A stretch of 64,000 bases of DNA, taken from NCBI GenBank assembly GCA_053919585.1, contig CM132808.1; one strand, 5' to 3'. The notes beneath the pieces are model-generated. The model ran no database searches. It saw only the letters and a list, made by a program, of their open reading frames with translations, and was not told the origin of the DNA. Origin of the DNA: Euprymna scolopes (lineage: Eukaryota). Position numbers and translations under genes: made by a program. This document shows positions 41,554 to 51,854 of this stretch, one piece after another (the stretch's first letter is position 1; each line of letters opens with the position of its first letter).

Positions 41554-43323
41554 GTGTATCAGTATAACAAAACATATACTACACTATATCTCCCAAATAT
41601 ATTAAAATTTATGAAACAGATGTGATTTTCGATTGTAAACGAGTAATTGTCTCCATATTATCTCCGATTACATTACATCACCTACGTCCATACTAAGTAA
41701 AGTAGTATCGAATATTTTCGTTTCGATTTACAACTGAGAGTTTCATAATCGCCATTATTAATAGATTTCAACTATATATGGTAATTATTAGAACACATTT
41801 TTTTCAGTTTAGTTGGGATTTAATTTGTATCTTTTCGTATTTTAACATTAGGATTAACTTACGCTCCGCTGTAGTGAGAGTTGATAGAATGACTGCAGAC
41901 AAGCTTTCCTCGAGCGCATTATCGTCAATTACAAAAATATCTGTGAACGGGCGCATTGGCATTCTCGGTAAGACGAGCAACCATTAAAACAGTCGTCACT
42001 ATCGAAGAGAAAGATAATGGCTGACATTGCGCATATTCAGGCCGACAAAGAAGAACCCGGTGTGTTAGGTCATCCCTTAGTTTGTCAGATTGATTGCCGA
42101 GGATAATCTCAGCTCAATGGCAGGCAGTGCATTCAAATTGCTGGGAGTATCAATCATATTAAAAATATTTCCTTTCACATAATATTTCTCAGTACTAACG
42201 CTTATACTCGAGTCGTTGGGGCTTACAATTAATGAGTTTACTCCGGGCATCAACATAGCATCATATCACGCCGCTAGTGAGAATGACATCGAAGATGAGG
42301 AAAGTATTCGAAATAATACAAATAATCCATTCATATCATAAAAATTACAAACATGAAGTTAGGATTTCTGAAACTAATCGTATCTTTAGCAATCTGAATA
42401 CTGATCCATCTACAAAATCGAAAAACAATGAAATTAAAAAGTAGTTCTTAATGTAAATTCTGTAGAAGAGCAAGTTTATGATTCCTTTGGAATATAGATC
42501 CGACCACCTTCCTCATTTATCTGAGGACAGGTATTTAATCTAGTTATAATATAAGGCATGATCCCTAAAATGCTATCCATGGAGCCGTTAATAAATTTAC
42601 AACCCTTTCTGCAACGTAATCATGTTTGGTACAAATAAACTTTAGGACATATCTTAATTGTTCACCCGGTTTCTTTCAAGTCTTATTAATATTCAGTTAT
42701 ATTCGGCCACATGTTGGTTAATCCTGAATGATCTTCGCATTAACCGGATCTTAACCCCTCAGATATTTTATCTATTGAGTTATCTAATGTAAACCTTAAT
42801 CAAAATACTCCCGAAATAATTGCTGAACAGGAGGTCATCATATATAAATTCAAAGCAGCGCTAAATAAAGAATGTGTCAAAATTGCTGACAAGTTTGCAC
42901 ATTGTGTCTAGGTCTGCCTGGACAATAAAAAAGGCTGTTGGACATGCATGGCTGAAATATGTTGGACAAGTCGGAAGCATATAGTCATCAAATTATTGGA
43001 TTACATAAAGGATTTTGGATCTTATTTGCGATTCAATAGATGGTATTTTTAGAAGAGTGGGTCACTTTATTGTCAGTTCTTATAGCAAACACTTTAGAGT
43101 GGCACACTTCTGAATCTAATCATAAAAAAAGATGTTCCAAAAGTCATGATTTTTATCGGTTATTTAATAATGAGTAAATCGACCGGCGTCAAATCGTACA
43201 AAACTGTGACACATTGATATAAGATGGATTTGAAAGTTTGATAAATTCATTTGAATCTTCTCGTGTGCTCTCATTTGAAACAAACACTAGCACTATGTGA
43301 AACAGGTGCTAACCATGAATATA

Positions 43324-44596
43324 CGAGGTGGCTTCAATAAATTTCCAAACTTCTTTGTACAGGCATTTAAATTTATCGTAGACTCTTGAAAATTCAGTAT
43401 GTTATTGCTATACATCTTATAAGATGACTGACTAATTTTTTATGATTTAAGGTTCAAAAGAACTGCTACAGCAGGAATTGGAATACACCCTGTTAAAGGC
43501 CGATATTCTCAGCTAATGAATTCTAAAAATGCAATCTGGACGTGAGGAAACGTTAGAAGAACAACATGCAATAAAATTATATTTTAAACTTGGTAAAAAT
43601 GCCACAAGAACAAAGAGAATGCTTCAGACTACTTTTAGACCATCTTGCATGAATCAAGCACCAATTTTGGAGTGGCATAAACAGGTAGTCTACGAGAGAT
43701 GATGAGAGGTGTGGGAGGAGTAAGACAGCTAGAACACCATAATGGATAAGGCCTGTCGTGAGTCTATAGAGACAATATAAGTGCACAGTTTGGTGTCAGT
43801 GTGGAAACTGTACACACAATTATTCGTAAGGAACTGAAGATGCGGAATATTTGCGTGAAATGTCTCCCAAGGGTGCTCAGAGAAGATCAGAAAGGAAGAC
43901 GTTGTCGTGACAGCTGGGAGATGGTCCAGCTGATCCAATAAGATCCTTCGGTTCTTGATTCTCTGGTGACCTGTGATAAAAGGTATATCTACTGCTATGA
44001 CCCAGAGACCAAAAGACAGTTCCCAGTGAAAACATGCTAGCTCTTCCAGACCCAAGAAAGCCAAACACAGCAAATCCACCCAGAAACTTATGATGATCCC
44101 CTTTTTTACAGCACGGGCATGATCTATCTGCAGTGGGTTCCCACTGGACAGATAGTAAACAAATACTATGTTGAGGTTGTAAAAGAGTTCACCAAGAGAT
44201 TTCGTTGGAAGAAGCCAGCACTCTTCAAATTGGGTTTGTGACATTTCCACCACAACAATGCACCAGTTCACAACTCCATCCTCGTCACAGACTATTTGAC
44301 TAAGATGGAAAGATAGTTCCTAACCCTCTCTAAAGTTCAATCTTGCTCGCTGTGACTTTTGGTTATTCTCTTAGCTCAAGGGAAACCTCTCGTTATGAGA
44401 CAATTGAGGAGATGAAAGAGGTTATGACGAGTATCATTGACACGGATACACAAGAGGATTTTGATGGGGCCTTACAAAACCTTGTTACAACGGTACAACT
44501 AGGATATTACTTCGAAGTGGACTAGAGTTTCATATGTGTAATATCAATAAAAGTACCCATACGAAAAAAGTCTGGAAACTTATTGAAGGCACCTCG
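43324..44596 (+). mobile_element. mariner element, full length, degenerate transposase
   Basis: TA-flanked TIRs cgaggtggcttcaataaatttcca / tggaaacttattgaaggcacctcg. Plus-strand remnants VTCD..YCYDPETKRQ and HHNNAPVH. Confidence 0.88.
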
Positions 44597-44988
44597 TAAA
44601 AAAACATAATGCGATCATTAGGTCGTAACATTCTTACATTCAACATATTTAGCATCAACATTTGTACCAATCGCTAGTATACATCATAATTACGTTGGTT
44701 GATTATTTGGAAATTCCAGGCACTTTAGCTGGGAAGAGGATCGATATCTTTCTTCTGAAAAACCCAACTGAAACAAGAAATATTGCAAAACCCAACGCTG
44801 TCATTTTCCCATACCAAGATAAACATACGATTCCTTCAGTCTTAGCTACATGAGCGGCTTCAAAGATGATATCTGTTCTCACTGAAAGGATGCGACGAGA
44901 ATTAATGCTGGTATACACTGTAAGAAAATTAATGCTGGTATACACTGTAAGAAGCATAGATTTTCATCTGCATTTTGATTAGTTTTTT

Positions 44989-45971
44989 ATCAGGTTGACA
45001 AGAAAGTTTTTTGCAGTTTTTAACTTTTAAATTTTGATGACCATATCTCGACTCAAACATAGCACCATCAGAATCAACACTTTTGCAAACGCAAAAAAGG
45101 TGCATTTATGCCAGTAAGGTAAAAATCCTGCGTTCTGTTGGCAATGAAATCTTTGAAAGCGTTTTTGACATCGCTTAGGTTTTTTAAGTATTTCCCACAC
45201 AGGAATTGTCGAGATGTTTGAAAAAGTGGTAGTCGTTAGATGGAAAGTCTGTTGAGTATGGGAGACGAGGCAGTTTCGTAGCCAATTCGTTAAACTTCTA
45301 CAGAGTGAGTTAAGCAACGGTCGGGCATTGTCCTGGGGGAGAATTTTTTTTTCTAATACTGGGTGTTTTTGTCGAAGTTTCATTCATTTATTGACAGTAC
45401 TTCTCCGCCATAATGGTTTCGCCTGCATTAAAAAAACTGTAACGGATGAGATCGGTTGCAGACTACCAAACAGTCAGCCTGACCTGACCTCTTTTGGTTC
45501 AACTCTGACCTCAGGAAGTGTCGTATAGCTTTGTCGGCGTCTAGTCACTGAGCATCGCCGGTTGTCGTAAATACTCCATTTTGTTCGCAAGTCACAACCT
45601 GATCGAAAAACGGGTCGCTCTTGTTGCAGAAAAGAAGGGAAGATGACACTTCATAACAACATTTCTGTTAGTCGTTAAACTCGTGAGGCACCCATTTATC
45701 GTATTTCTTTTTGTCTTGTGCCAAACGCTTCGTTGATATCAGCAGCTGTTCGGGCTAGCTTGAATTGAAATAAGAAAATTGTGCGAATTTGCTTTTTTCC
45801 ATCTTGTATTTAAACGTTCTGAAAAGAAGACATATATTTTAAAACGCTTGTAATTTAAACGATTAGAGCGAAAAGGCTCTTTAAAATGATATATAAATTA
45901 AACGTATTTGAAAATACATCATTTGAACTAAAAAATATACATTCCGTAAGAACTTCCTCATATACCTAATA
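44989..45971 (-). mobile_element. Degenerate mariner element (second subfamily)
   Basis: Minus-strand LRQKHPVL..QDNARP and worn TIR-like ends. Confidence 0.7.
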
Positions 45972-46397
45972 TGTCGGCAACAAGTGTACTCAATAAAAGA
46001 ATGGAAAAATTCTCTCTCCGTTATTTTTTTGTTTATTCTGCAAAAGAAATTCGACAACTATCATATCCAGGTTTAAAGATACCTTGGACACACATTTAGA
46101 TTGTATGTGAGGGTAAATACTCCCATCTCTCTCTTTCCGTGTCTTCTTGCACTATGTTTGGCACGTAAATTTGATCGGGTTGGATTAATATCCGTAAACT
46201 TTCAAATTCCGAATATTCCATTTAACAAATATGTTAAAGTAATTTCTACCACGCTTGACACAACACCCGAAAATATCACATGACCGAAACCAGTTTTACG
46301 TCATAACTAGATAATATCCTGTTTTACCTGTACATAAATACGAATAGCTACTTTGTTTTCTGATCAGATTCAAACTAGGAGTAATGGAAAATCTTCA

Positions 46398-46686
46398 AAC
46401 CTTTAAAACTAGTAGTACCATTTCATACGTAGACTATAACTTAATAAATCCTAAGCCTAACTAATAAAACAGCAATTATAACAAACTATTTTTAACACAA
46501 CATATTTCAATAAAACAGCAATTATTATGAACTATTAAGCAATTACGAATAATTTTTATCCACTTTAGCACAACTTTCTCGTCAAAAATCGTTATACACA
46601 ATGGTGGCTTAATCTTAACTTCTCTACAATCTCATCCAAATTTACGATCGGTTTAAACGTTTTAAATGTTTGGGGTTTTTTTATAC
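46398..46686 (+). repeat. 289-bp direct repeat, left copy, abutting element C
   Basis: Matches 51358-51646 with about 5 substitutions by eye. Confidence 0.93.
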
Positions 46687-46970
46687 TGTAAGAGTATCTT
46701 GTGTAGTTTCCGACGTGTAGGAGACGGGGAGTCTCGTCGTGGGCGACGAAGCGTTTCACTGAAGAACCACGGCAACACACAGCGAACCAACAAACAATGA
46801 CAGCCACGGCGCGAAGGTAATTAACAAAGCTCAGCTGACTGCACGAATAGAAATGGAACCCAACGGTCACTAACGGAACCCAACGGTCACTGTACTGATC
46901 GCCACGAACGTCAGAACCCGACTGCCTCGCACCTCCAATGGACCGATTTTTATTCCTCAAGATGGCCTAG

Positions 46971-49900
46971 CTAATTTGCATCCCCGCGAGATCTCGCGCG
47001 ATCCTGCGAGATTCCGTCTCTAATAAAAGCAGGCAGGCGCCATCTTGGAACTCTTTCTTCCGCTGCCCCGACCACACGATCAGCAACCACCCCGCACGCC
47101 AGGCACACACGGACCCTCTTGCGCCGAGGGCTACGGTTAGTCTCACACTCCCCCCTGGTCTCCAGATCACATACGTGACACGGCGGACGTGGCCGTTTGA
47201 TTCGAGCACTCCTGCGGAGGGTTATTGCCGGGACTTCCTCATCGGAGCTCTCAGAAGTGGCATCGGAAGCATCAGCATCAGCATTAGAGCTCGCAGTTGA
47301 ATCATCAGGTTCGTGGGGCACAGGTTGGATCCATCGCTCATCGTCGGATGACTCGCTCCTTCCACTGCTCGCAGTTGAGTCACCAGGTTCGTGGGGCACG
47401 GGTTGGATCCATCGCTCATCGTCGGATGACTCGCTACTTCTACTGCACGCCGATTTTTCAGCGCTTAGAGCGGGCCGGACATCCCTTACGTGGCGCGGAG
47501 TATCATCGACTAGTATGGCCTGTTCACTGATGACGCCGGTGACCCGCCCCCTCCAAAAGCTGCTGGTGCACCGGCCGCCGGGTGGCTTCACCCAGACGGT
47601 GTCTCCCACTTGGTACGTCCCCTGGGGTTCTCGTTGGTCGGGTAGACACACTTCAACGTCCTTGACGCGCACGTGGTAGTGATGAATCGCATCAGCGGGC
47701 GCACTGCCGCCAGTCACGGCGTCCTTAGGCGTTGTGTTGTATCTGTAAACCGCCTCCGCGATCGTACACTTCTTCCTGGCCGCGATCCTCTTCACGGTTC
47801 GGTGGCACCGCTCCGCTATGCCGTTGCCGCTCGGCACATACGCGCATCGATGTCGAAGGCGGATCCCCCAGTTGTCCATAAAATGCCTGAATTCCCTGCT
47901 GCAGAACGCCGTGTCGTTATCCGTGAGGATCTCGTCAGGCGGCCCCCTTTCGTAGAATATGGATTCCAATTCGTGGATGACACTGGTGGAATCCTGCCTC
48001 GCTAATTGGCGCCAAATCGCGAACCTCGTTGGCCCGCAGTCTATCAGCGTGAGGAAGTGTTGGCTGCCGTAGTGGGTTATATCCATACCCAACCGACTCC
48101 AGGTCGCGTCCACTCTCAGCTGTCCTTTCCGCCATCTGGCTGGGGAAGGGTCGATGGACTGGCACGTTTGGCACTCCCTGACCACTGCTCTTACTGCGCT
48201 TTTTGGTATTGATGGTCTAGCCAACTTCACAAAGTAGTAGGTCCGTTGTACTCCGGGGTGCCCACTGTCGTGATGTATCTTCCTGATTTCGTTCTCCTCG
48301 ACGGAGGCAGCACACAGAGGCAATGGCTTAGCTTCTTTCTTCATAGCCTCATACCATCTCCGTGGTACCCGAGTGAGCTTGTCGGCGAGGTTGTAGTCCG
48401 AGGTGACGAGCACTACGTCTACGGACAGGTTGTACTTTGTCACCAGTTTTTTCACAGTCTCCAGCCTCCGTCTTATCAGCATTTCGCTGGCTGCCTTGGT
48501 GCGTGCCCTGGCCTTGCTCGTGAGTGTGTCCGACACCCAGTGGTGCACGCAAAGTGAGTCAGTGTGCACACGCAGTTTCTTCACTTCCCATTGAAGTGCC
48601 AGGTTAATGCCCTTTATTACAGCGTCGAGTTCTGCCAGGTTGATATGGGCAGCATCATTCGCCGGTCGCAGCCAGCAGGCATCTTCAGCTACGGCCCCAT
48701 CTTTCTCCAAAACTACACCGATCGCTAGAGAACTTGCGTCCACCCACACGCTCAGTTCGTCTCCCTGCACACACCAGTCCCCTGTGACGGGGTCATTCTT
48801 TTTCACACTAGCGATGGTCTCATTTAACATTCGAACCAATAGTTCGTCGGTTATCTCATCGTCCCAGCCTTTGGTGACCGCATTTGCCCTCCTTTTTATG
48901 ACGCCTGTCGCCGCACGAACCCATCCGCATACTGGAAGGTGCCCCACAAGTTTCCAGCACAGGGAGAACACGGCACGTCTTGTGTAAACGTCGGGTACGT
49001 CGGGAACTGCGGTTCCACGCCTTCACTTCAGGATCCCTCGCTCCTCTTGAACGCTCAAGCCCAATACGCGGGCGCCATCCTCAAGCCGCTCAGAGTCCTT
49101 GCAGTTTAGACCAAACTCGGCAAGTTTGGATCTTACGCGCGAAGATGACACGATATCTTCGTTCACATATATATCGTCAATGTACGCCGATGTTCCCTTT
49201 CTGATCCATTCTTCTTGTGACAACACGGCATTGACGATAGCCTTCATTATCTGGGGTGCTACGTTTAGCCCAAATCCGAGTCGCGTAAGACAGTATCTCT
49301 TCCCGGAAAACATCACTGTCTGGAAAGGCCACATCGCCTCGCCGATCCGGACCTGCAAGTATGCTTTTCTCAAGTCCAGTAGGGACACATTGGACCCCTG
49401 CCGGCGCCACTCTCGCAGCTTGCTGGCACAGACGTCGGCGTCCGCTGTGAACGCATCAACGTGCGCATTCAACTCGCAGTAGTCCATTACCGGCCTCACC
49501 TTTGACTTGTAAGGTTGGGCAACTGCCATCAGCGGTATCAGGCCCTTGGGGGGTCCAAGTTTGTCGTAAGGGTATGGAATCAGCCAACCGTTCTTAATCC
49601 ATTCACGGAGCTCGCTTTCGTATGCAGGCCTTATCTGGTCGGGCATACGGTACTCTGCCACTTTGTTTTGTAGTTTGGCCGGTTCCTTGTCTTCTGACCA
49701 CCTCCAAGTGGCGGTCCACTCCTTCTGTTGGTCGTCGAACTCCGCACTGAAGTCCGGCTGGTCGACTCTTAGTGCTGCGCACACCGGGAGCCTATCCTGA
49801 AATTCTACAACGCCAGCGCGCGTTATGCGCACGCCGCCCAGGGCTTTGATGGCATCGTAGCCTAGCAACAGGTCGAAACTCAGCGGCTTTTCGCGTGTCA

Positions 49901-50183
49901 CCAGCGCTTCGACGTTGGCCGAGTTTCTAGTTCTTGTGCGAATGTGTACCACACCCACGCCGCAACACATTCGTATTTTTCCAGTAATGGTAGTTATCCT
50001 GACGTTCTTATTTTTCCACGCCCGACAGAAGTCCGCACACACTATGGTGCGGGAGCAACCGGAATCAAGGAGGGCTGAACATAACGTGTCAATAACTCGG
50101 ACCTGAATGACAGGGAGCGCCTTGTTTATTTTCTGTTCGGGGAAGAGGTCGGCACTGGCACCTTGTCCCCGTCCCCGTTTCCC
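46971..50183 (-). pseudogene. pol: pol of element C (protease-RT-RNase H-integrase), one internal TGA at 49023-49025
   Basis: LLDSGCSRT protease; LTRLGFGLNVAP and YIDD RT; WVDASS/HINLAEL/HTDS/NLAD RNase H; HH-CC, GMDITH, LTDND, GIAER integrase. ORFs 49023-50042 and 46971-48971 are in the same frame. Confidence 0.92.
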
Positions 50184-50869
50184 GCACAGTCTCGGGCCAT
50201 GTGCCCAGTCTTGTTACAGCGGTAGCAGCGAACAGCCGTCGACCGCCTTCTACAATTTCTTGCCATGTGGCCCCGCCCGTTGCATCTGTAGCAGATGACA
50301 TCACCTTGCGGGCTGGGTCCCTGAGACGGTCCTTCGCCACTTGGTGGGGCCTGAGCGACGGCGACTACCGGTTCCTGCACCGTCGAGTCATCCTTCATTA
50401 TTGTCCTGGCTCTGTCCACTAGGTCACTCAGCGGTAGTGAGGACATGGTAGAGGTTGCTCGCAGGAGCTGCTTTGCTCCAGCGGGGAGTCCTGACAGGAA
50501 TTTCTAGGCTAGGGCCCTCTCGGAAAGACCGCCGAACAACACCGTCAGCTTCTTAAGCTCGGCGAGATACACGTCCACAGTTTCGCCCAAGCGTATAGAC
50601 CTCGTCTCAAACTGCTCCCATGCAGTGGCGGGGTCAGTGGCGAAGGCCCTGTACAACGCCGCCTTGATACTCGAGTAGTCACACTTCTCCTCAGCGCTGA
50701 GTTGCTGATATACAGCGAAGGCCCCGCCGGTCAGCCGCAGAGGAATCACGCGCTCGATATTTTTCACGCCGGACAACTGACAATGTAACTCGACCTTCTC
50801 AACCCAGCTGAGTACCGGGTCGGATCCGTCGAATTCCGGTATCAATTTTAGATCGAACTTATCCGCCAT
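50126..50869 (-). pseudogene. gag: gag of element C with two CCHC zinc knuckles, one internal TAG at 50504-50506
   Basis: MADKFDLKLIPEFDG...CYRCNGRGHMARNC..CYRCNKTGHMARDC. The two ORF pieces are in frame. Confidence 0.92.
50177..50183 (-). promoter_or_regulatory. -1 ribosomal frameshift heptamer G GGA AAC (gag-pol)
   Basis: XXXYYYZ in the gag frame with an open -1 frame into the protease and a GC-rich stem downstream. The same heptamer occurs in A (9951-9957) and B (21457-21463). Confidence 0.85.
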
Positions 50870-50902
50870 TGAAGAAAAGAAAACCAAGTTCGGAGTGGGG
50901 GG

Positions 50903-50914
50903 GCCGAAATAGCT
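50903..50914 (-). promoter_or_regulatory. Primer-binding site of element C, complementary to tRNA-Phe nt 1-12
   Basis: Plus strand GCCGAAATAGCT abutting the 5' LTR TG at 50915. Confidence 0.85.
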
Positions 50915-51357
50915 TGTAAGAGTATCTTGTGTAGTTTCCGACGTGTAGGAGACGGGGAGTCTCGTCGTGGGCGACGAAGCGTTTCACTGAAGAACCACGG
51001 CAACACACAGCGAACCAACAAACAATGACAGCCACGGCGCGAAGGTAATTAACAAAGCTCAGCTGACTGCACGAATAGAAACGGAACCCAACGGTCACTA
51101 ACGGAACCCAACGGTCACTGTACTGATCGCCACGAACGTCAGAACCCGACTGCCTCGCACCTCCAATGGACCGATTTTTATTCCTCAAGATGGCCTAGCT
51201 AATTTGCATCCCCGCGAGATCTCGCGCGATCCTGCGAGATTCCGTCTCTAATAAAAGCAGGCAGGCGCCATCTTGGAACTCTTTCTTCCGCTGCCCCGAC
51301 CACACGATCAGCAACCACCCCGCACGCCAGGCACACACGGCTACGGTTAGTCTCACA

Positions 51358-51646
51358 AACCTTTTAAACTAGTAGTACCATTTCATACGTAGACTATAAC
51401 TTAATAAATCCTGAGCCTTACTAATAAAACAGCAATTATAACAAACTATTTTTAACACAACATATTTCAATAAAACAGCAATTATTATGAACTATTAAGC
51501 AATTACGAATAATTTTTATCCACTTTAACACAACTTTCTCGTCAAAAATCGTTATACACAATGGTGGCTTAATCTTAACTTCTCTACAATCTCATCCAAA
51601 TTTACGATCGGTTTAAACGTTTTAAATGTTTGGGTTTTTTTTATAC
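51358..51646 (+). repeat. 289-bp direct repeat, right copy
   Basis: Matches 46398-46686. Confidence 0.93.
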
Positions 51647-51854
51647 CTACTGACTTTGAGAAGCCTGAGTATTCAGGACCATTTATGTCTCTATGTCGGC
51701 GTTTAAAGCAGACTGTGGTTTCAACAGAAATCATAATTTTGATTGCTTGAACCCTATGGTTCAAATAAAAATCTATGTTTTAGCAACACTTGAAATTCAG
51801 TGTTTTTCCATTGTTTCGAAAAGTTATGTCAGTAGCTTCGCTTAGTAACTGTAA

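Larger units (their letters stand above)
46687..51357 (-). mobile_element. LTR retroelement C, young and nearly intact (4.67 kb)
   Basis: LTRs at 46687-47147 and 50915-51357 differ by one substitution seen plus an 18-bp indel. PBS at 50903-50914. PPT ggagaccaggggggag lies next to the 3' LTR. gag and pol are complete, each with one in-frame stop. Confidence 0.97.

Noticed and set aside
43729-44271. 180-aa minus-strand ORF
   Set aside because: It is antisense to a decayed mariner transposase.
46592-46960. ORFs 46592-46960 and 50859-51188 as accessory genes
   Set aside because: They are LTR sequence running into unrelated flanks, with non-ATG starts and no recognisable domain.
46960-46985. Tf1-like self-priming via agctaatttgc in the LTR of C
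   Set aside because: Only a partial match to the PBS, with no equivalent seen in the LTR of A, whereas tRNA-Phe matches 12/12 in both.
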